From a virus, in the IMG/VR virus record IMGVR_UViG_3300023276_000008, positions 20,952-84,951 of that record: 64,000 nt of DNA. One strand, given 5' to 3'. A model generated the notes under the pieces. The model did no database searches and was not told the origin of the DNA. It saw only the letters and a program-made list of their open reading frames with translations. Positions 58,709 through 64,000 of this stretch are shown piece by piece (positions within the stretch are counted from its first letter, which is position 1; the number at the start of each line of letters is the position of its first letter). Made by a program: the position numbers and the translations under genes.

Positions 58709-59489
58709 TTTTATTTTTGTAATTTTGTTTTATTGTTGTAAGAGCTTCATCCTCGGAAACCTTTGGAATATCTAATAGGTTGATTCCGTGTTTTGTTTCG
58801 AATACATCTAACCCAGCTCTGAATAGTTTAGTCTGATCGTTAGCACTTGCAATCACTGATTGTTCTGGCGACCATCCATCGTCACCAATATATTCCCATG
58901 AACTACTAATATCTGCAAAGTACCAGAAATTTGGATGAAGATTCTTTTGAATACCCATATAAGTATGATCAATGTGTTCGATAGCGTTGTAATATTTATT
59001 ATCAAGTAATCCAACCTCCTCTATATAATGCAGAGTGTAATAAGAGAAGGCTCCTACACAGTTTTCATAAAATTGTACTGTTGTGTCATTAAATGAGACT
59101 GCTAGTTTTGGGTCAGGAACACCTTGTCGGGTTTGGTTGGCTTTACCATGTTGGGAGAAGTTTAAGTGATGGATTCCACTATCTTTGGCAGTATGGATGT
59201 ACATATCAAACACATTTGGATCTTTAATATACATATCATCTTCAATTAAGAAGAAATCTGTACATCCTCTAGCGTATAATTCCCTAAGACATGCATTCTT
59301 AGCAAACCCAACTCCCCTACCTCCCAGATTCATACAATTGGATGATTTTGTGACTTCGTTTGGGGTTCCGTCATTAACTATCACCATCTCGTCAACTACT
59401 CCAGTTGGGATTGATTTGATAAGTTTCTGTAAAGTGCGGGGTCTGTTATATGTCACTATACCCACCCCAATTTTTCTTTTATTTGTCAT
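58677..59489 (-). CDS. glycosyltransferase family 2
   Basis: VGIVTYNRP, VIVNDGT, GVGFAKN, FLIEDD, VGLLD..Y.NA.EH.D. Confidence 0.88.
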   Translation of the reverse strand: MTNKRKIGVGIVTYNRPRTLQKLIKSIPTGVVDEMVIVNDGTPNEVTKSSNCMNLGGRGVGFAKNACLRELYARGCTDFFLIEDDMYIKDPNVFDMYIHTAKDSGIHHLNFSQHGKANQTRQGVPDPKLAVSFNDTTVQFYENCVGAFSYYTLHYIEEVGLLDNKYYNAIEHIDHTYMGIQKNLHPNFWYFADISSSWEYIGDDGWSPEQSVIASANDQTKLFRAGLDVFETKHGINLLDIPKVSEDEALTTIKQNYKNKNENLYSYPTK

Positions 59490-60226
59490 TATTTTCCAAA
59501 TCTCTCGTCGATTGCGTTCTGTTTTGCTCTGATTTCTTTATCTGCGATAGCTGCTGCTTCTTGATCCTGCATCATATCTTCCATGAGGTTTAAATTGTCT
59601 CCATCTAATACTGATTCAGTGGATTCTACAATCTCGCCTTGTGAGTCAACAATTGACGTAACAAACTCAAGACGCTCTTTAACAGTATCACCAAAGATCT
59701 CTAATAGAGCTGGACAATCTTCTTTGGGGAAGAAAACATCACTCTCGAAGTTATCAGTATATGATTTGAATATAGAGTCGTATAGTTCATCGATTTCTTT
59801 AATAAACTCTGGATCTAAATCTCTTCCTTCACGCTCAACCATCGGTATATGACTTGCTCTTGGTTGATAGAAAATGATATCATAATCTCGCATACGTTCT
59901 CTAATTAAACCTATCATTGCTGACATGGTTAGATCACTAATTCTTCCTTTTGAATTTGCGTGTAGACTGTAAATAAGAACATCTACGAGACATCTATCAA
60001 ACACCAAATTTACATTTGATGGACTATTATCGAGTTGTTGTAGCATCGCTGCTAAGATAGTGCTTTGAGTATCTTCATCAGTCATTGACGAATGCTCAAG
60101 TTGTTTTGCTTTTAGTACATCTCTAAAATCCTTTTCGAATTTTGTGAAACTTCCATATTCTTCTAGTAATGCTTCAACTAGAGTTGTTTTTCCTGTATTT
60201 GCTGGACCTGTAAATGCGATCTTCAT
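59489..60226 (-). CDS. P-loop kinase/ATPase (AAA_28 / dNMP-kinase-like)
   Basis: MKIAFTGPANTGKTTL, VFDRCLVD...YS, YDIIFY, R.LD..F...ID. Confidence 0.8.
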   Translation of the reverse strand: MKIAFTGPANTGKTTLVEALLEEYGSFTKFEKDFRDVLKAKQLEHSSMTDEDTQSTILAAMLQQLDNSPSNVNLVFDRCLVDVLIYSLHANSKGRISDLTMSAMIGLIRERMRDYDIIFYQPRASHIPMVEREGRDLDPEFIKEIDELYDSIFKSYTDNFESDVFFPKEDCPALLEIFGDTVKERLEFVTSIVDSQGEIVESTESVLDGDNLNLMEDMMQDQEAAAIADKEIRAKQNAIDERFGK

Positions 60227-60232
60227 AACTGA

Positions 60233-60261
60233 ATGATATCATCATTCCTATCCTTTGTCAA
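60233..60261 (-). promoter_or_regulatory. sigma70-like promoter TTGACA-N17-TATCAT, ATG 6 nt downstream
   Basis: ttgaca aaggataggaatgatga tatcat tcagtt ATG. Confidence 0.75.
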
Positions 60262-60320
60262 GTTATTATTTATATAATAAAGAGCTTGTAAATCCTTATA
60301 TTATATGTAAATAATAGTGT

Positions 60321-61112
60321 ATGTCAAACAAGAGAACTGCAAGACGAAAAGCTTTGAGTGCTGAAGCTTCTGAACTTAACAACGCATTCAAAGGTAATTT
60401 CGAATTAGGCGATATTAATATTAAAGAGCCATATGAGATGACTGAAACACAACTCGATTGTCTATATCAACTAAATGCCCCAAAGACTAATATGGTTTTT
60501 GTGGATGGTCCAGCGGGGAGCATGAAAACTTTCCTAGGTGTATATAGTGGTATTTGTCATCTACAAAACACAAACAATAATATTCGGAATTTAATTTATA
60601 TACGTTCTGCGGTGGAGAGTTCTTCAACTTCTTTGGGAGCAATTCCTGGAGAAATCGAAGATAAGTTTTCTCCATACTCTATTCCTTTAAAAGAAAAGTT
60701 ACGAGAAATTATTCCAGCTAATGAAGTGGATATGTTATTTCTAAATAAACATGTTGAGGCGATACCTATTAACTTTGTTCGAGGAAGAACATTTAAGAAT
60801 GCTATTGTTATTGTTGACGAAGCTCAGAACATGAATAAATCTGAATTGACTACGATTCTAACTAGAATTGGTTCAAACTGTAAATATTATGTGTGTGGAG
60901 ATACTTTCCAAAGTGATATTCGTGATAGTGGATTTGAATATATTAAGAATGCCTTCGATACGGAACATTCTGAGAAGAATAACATCTTCACTCATGACTT
61001 TGATGTATCAGATATCTCTAGATCAAAGATCTTACAACACGTTACTGAGGTTCTACAATCTAAAGCTGAAAAGCAGCGAGAACGTAAAGAACATAAATTA
61101 ATTACAGAGTAA
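60321..61112 (+). CDS. phoH: PhoH-family protein
   Basis: GPAGSMKT, RSAVE....LGAIPG...K..PY, F.RGRTF.NA.VIVDEAQN, LTRIG, GD..QSD. Confidence 0.93.
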   Translation: MSNKRTARRKALSAEASELNNAFKGNFELGDINIKEPYEMTETQLDCLYQLNAPKTNMVFVDGPAGSMKTFLGVYSGICHLQNTNNNIRNLIYIRSAVESSSTSLGAIPGEIEDKFSPYSIPLKEKLREIIPANEVDMLFLNKHVEAIPINFVRGRTFKNAIVIVDEAQNMNKSELTTILTRIGSNCKYYVCGDTFQSDIRDSGFEYIKNAFDTEHSEKNNIFTHDFDVSDISRSKILQHVTEVLQSKAEKQRERKEHKLITE

Positions 61113-61116
61113 AAAC

Positions 61117-61149
61117 AAAAAGGAGGCTTATTTAAAGCCTCCTTTTTTT
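61117..61149. terminator. bidirectional terminator
   Basis: AAAAAGGAGGCTT-loop-AAGCCTCCTTTTTTT. Confidence 0.85.
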
Positions 61150-61152
61150 CGT

Positions 61153-62691
61153 CTATTCTAAAACTTGCCCCGACCAATTAACCAGTCTATCAGCATCTTC
61201 GTCAGTGAATCCCCATTCCTCTTCCTGCAATACATTACTCTCCATATATTCGACAATTATATCGTCTATGTTGATTAATGCGTCTGTAACAGAGCTTGCA
61301 AAGTAATTGTGGTTGCGATCAAACTCTATGAACATCTCTTCGTGAGGTTGTCCATCATATTCTTCATATATACTCTTAGGAATAAACCTAAATGGGTTAT
61401 ATTCAACATGATCGGCATATATGTTTAGGAAATCGTCTTCGTAAAAGTACTCCCATGTCTTTTGATCCTTATCTCCTTCGTAAATGAATGATCTTTCGAT
61501 TATAGATTGGAGTAGACCATCATTATACTGACCATCCATTCCTAAAATTGCTTTTCTTGTGAGAACATATAGAACTTCGTCTGGTAATGCCTTTAAATTA
61601 GGTAATTTATTAAAATCTACCTTAGTTAGTAGACCAAATACATCATTGTCATGCTCATCTAGAGTAAGTTCCATGTTTTTCATCTTATCTGATATACCTT
61701 TGAAGTATATAGATGCATCATATTCAGGTTCTCTTGATAATTGGTCATAATATGCACCTTCTGCTCTATCATATCCATCCTCGCCACTTCTATCAATCTC
61801 GAAATTAAGTTCATCTTCAACAAATTTCTCAACTATCTCATAAAAATCGTCTTCAGCTCGACCATGAATATCCTCACCCATGATATATTCGAATTCTGGA
61901 CCTTCTCCATACACTTTTGCAGCAGGATAAATCATTATTCTACTCAAAGGCTTCTTCAACATGTCTTTACCACTCTTTAAATCACTTTCCTTAACCAAAT
62001 ATGCTGCTAGATAGGGATATTTCAGAGATGCTGCTAGAGTTTGTGCATTACAACCAGCTTCAGTGTGATCCGCATCCATTTTTTTGGAATTGTAACGCTT
62101 ATTTGTTTGTTGGATACAGGAAGTCCAGTCTCGATCTGTTGATCCTCCGATAACATCGTAGGGGTGCTTACTGATTACAACGTGGCGAGGCTCGTTAATA
62201 CCACTACTAAACTCTTGATCTCTCAATTGTGTTTGATAGTCCACTGCGTAGTCTAGCATTGCTTCTGCTTCGATGTAATCATCGGGATCTCCGCTAACTT
62301 CATCACCCCCTTCAAACTTAGAAAGTATTTTCTTTAGAGCTTTGACTAGTTTAACTGGTCTTCCTCTCGAATCCATACCAGTATTGTCTGCATATAGTTC
62401 AGGACTTGTCTGTATGTCATGACTAGCGAGGAATGTGTGTATGATTCTATATGTATGATTCTTAGATATCCTAATAACATCTTCATCAGACACTTTTTTA
62501 CCATTACTTTCGCCATATTTCCCAATAATTTTACGATGTTTGCCATTAAATTGCTCTTTAAAGGTATTTTTATAGTCCCATAGCTCAACATCTTTAAGGA
62601 TATCCTTGAATTTTGAGATGGAAATGGCTTCATTTAATAGATTACTGCCAGTTAATCTGGAAATACTCTTTAATTTTCTCAAATTGAACAT
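61153..62691 (-). CDS. hypothetical protein (ISKHPYDV.G.STDRDWTSC motif)
   Basis: 512 aa; central motif plus AYLV...PLSRI.I.P. Confidence 0.7.
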   Translation of the reverse strand: MFNLRKLKSISRLTGSNLLNEAISISKFKDILKDVELWDYKNTFKEQFNGKHRKIIGKYGESNGKKVSDEDVIRISKNHTYRIIHTFLASHDIQTSPELYADNTGMDSRGRPVKLVKALKKILSKFEGGDEVSGDPDDYIEAEAMLDYAVDYQTQLRDQEFSSGINEPRHVVISKHPYDVIGGSTDRDWTSCIQQTNKRYNSKKMDADHTEAGCNAQTLAASLKYPYLAAYLVKESDLKSGKDMLKKPLSRIMIYPAAKVYGEGPEFEYIMGEDIHGRAEDDFYEIVEKFVEDELNFEIDRSGEDGYDRAEGAYYDQLSREPEYDASIYFKGISDKMKNMELTLDEHDNDVFGLLTKVDFNKLPNLKALPDEVLYVLTRKAILGMDGQYNDGLLQSIIERSFIYEGDKDQKTWEYFYEDDFLNIYADHVEYNPFRFIPKSIYEEYDGQPHEEMFIEFDRNHNYFASSVTDALINIDDIIVEYMESNVLQEEEWGFTDEDADRLVNWSGQVLE

Positions 62692-62695
62692 GATT

Positions 62696-63535
62696 TTATG
62701 TAATACTCTTTAATTGGTATGTATTTGGGTCGATTAGACCTGTATGCATCGTATTATTTATCATATGCATCATCGGGATAGCAAAATCAGTTCCCTGCAT
62801 TTGAAAATGTTTGATGTTCTGCGGATTTGGTGGAATAGCCATATATTGCTCTCCATTATATTCTACACCACCTTCCAGAGCTTTAAATACGTTATCTGAA
62901 TTGGGATCTTGTTGAAATGCTGTAATATCATCTGCAATATGTCTAGGATTCTCACCAATCTGTAATTGTTGGGTTTGTTGTTGCCTAGCATCATTTCGTT
63001 GTGTTAAAGGATTTTCTCTACCAGCACCATCATTGGTTGGGGTAGGTTGTTGATCATTCGACTGCTGCATATTTGTCGCCATAGGGGTAGGATCTTTCAC
63101 CTGCGAACCATCCTGTGCGCCTTCCTGACCCTCAATTGGTTCTGACGTAGGATCAGCATCTAGAGACGACTTGGATACCCCTTGTTGCTCCTGTTTTGCT
63201 ATCTTCTCAGCACCTATTTCATCCCTCGCAGAATTCACAACATCTAAACCTTTAAAAACCGCATCAGCAGTTGTTGGCATAAACGCGCTTGCTGCTCCTT
63301 TTACCGCTCCTTTTGCGAATTTTTTTAATGATCTAGCAGCAACTTTATCTCTATCTGTATTACCAACCCATTTTTTATCTAATGCATCTCTATTTTTACG
63401 CTGTCTGGCATTTTTATCAACTTCTTCTTTATCAGATATCTCATTAGGTTGTCGATCTCCTGATCCTGCTGGATGTTTAGGTGTGAATCCTTCTCTTAGG
63501 AATTTTAATGTTTCTATCTTACTTAACTTCTTCAT
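62696..63535 (-). CDS. Gln/Pro-rich hypothetical protein
   Basis: 279 aa; MKKLSKIETLKFLRE leader, low-complexity middle. Confidence 0.6.
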   Translation of the reverse strand: MKKLSKIETLKFLREGFTPKHPAGSGDRQPNEISDKEEVDKNARQRKNRDALDKKWVGNTDRDKVAARSLKKFAKGAVKGAASAFMPTTADAVFKGLDVVNSARDEIGAEKIAKQEQQGVSKSSLDADPTSEPIEGQEGAQDGSQVKDPTPMATNMQQSNDQQPTPTNDGAGRENPLTQRNDARQQQTQQLQIGENPRHIADDITAFQQDPNSDNVFKALEGGVEYNGEQYMAIPPNPQNIKHFQMQGTDFAIPMMHMINNTMHTGLIDPNTYQLKSIT

Positions 63536-63962
63536 TTTCTGATGCGTTATTAGTTTTAGCTACATCAATCAATGCATTTAGATCATTTTGGATGAAGGTT
63601 TTTGATATGAGTGCTTTTTTGGCGTTCTCAGATCTATCAGATAAACTAAAGGGAACATTCTTATACGTGTCGCTCCCCATACTTACGTTGAACATAACAA
63701 CAGGTCGATCTTCGCTATTTCCTCCACCCACATTAATTTTTATCATTTCGCTCATTGTTTTTTCTAATTTTATGTCATTAACCGTATTGAATCGTATAAT
63801 ATTATTACCTATAGGTTGAATCTCTGTGGCATGAAGTACATTATATCCACCATTGCCAGTATCTAACTTGGCTGAGATTGTTCCAATCTCTGGTATAGTT
63901 ATGTCTTCTTCGATGCCAAGGACTCTCTTTTCTAGATAAAATTCCTTAAAACTTTGTTTCAT
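63519..63962 (-). CDS. retropepsin-like protease (RimK-associated 'ATP-dependent Zn protease' family)
   Basis: LG..E.I......I.AKLDTGN....LHA..I, E.RPVV, FSLSDRS....LI; MKQSFKEFYLE leader. Confidence 0.8.
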   Translation of the reverse strand: MKQSFKEFYLEKRVLGIEEDITIPEIGTISAKLDTGNGGYNVLHATEIQPIGNNIIRFNTVNDIKLEKTMSEMIKINVGGGNSEDRPVVMFNVSMGSDTYKNVPFSLSDRSENAKKALISKTFIQNDLNALIDVAKTNNASENEEVK

Positions 63963-64000
63963 ACATCTATTTACTCACCACACCCATGATCACAACCATG

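Noticed and set aside
1-64000. Stop-codon reassignment as in some large phages
   Set aside because: Core genes are full length in the standard code, and TAA, TAG and TGA all end genes
63971-64000. 3' end of an upstream minus-strand gene (HGCDHGCGE*)
   Set aside because: Too short to support a call

Overview
64-kb fragment of a large, AT-rich T4-like (myovirus, probably jumbo) dsDNA phage, densely coding in the standard genetic code. It carries a rearranged T4-type morphogenesis set (gp16-like, gp27/53/48/29/26-like baseplate proteins, gp19, gp18, gp3, intein-containing gp17, gp6, gp25, gp14, tail-fibre-like genes) and a T4-type replisome (gp44, gp45, gp61, gp41, gp32, possible gp59). It also has phoH, two free-standing endonucleases, rhamnose-type nucleotide-sugar genes and four glycosyltransferase-like genes. 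Four patterns stand out. (1) Nearly every transcription unit starts TAAATA-N5/6-ATG or TTGAC-N16/17-(-10)-N5/6-ATG without a Shine-Dalgarno sequence, pointing to window-wide leaderless mRNAs. (2) There is a candidate virion-glycosylation system: late glycosyltransferases, a mucin-like Ser/Thr protein and recurrent (L/V/I)-S-(A/G/S) motifs in structural proteins. (3) About a dozen unrelated proteins share a T4 internal-protein-like N-terminal capsid-targeting leader. (4) The terminase intein has class-3 motifs and begins with Arg. No tRNA, rRNA or CRISPR array was recognised. All product calls come from motif recognition by eye, not database searches.
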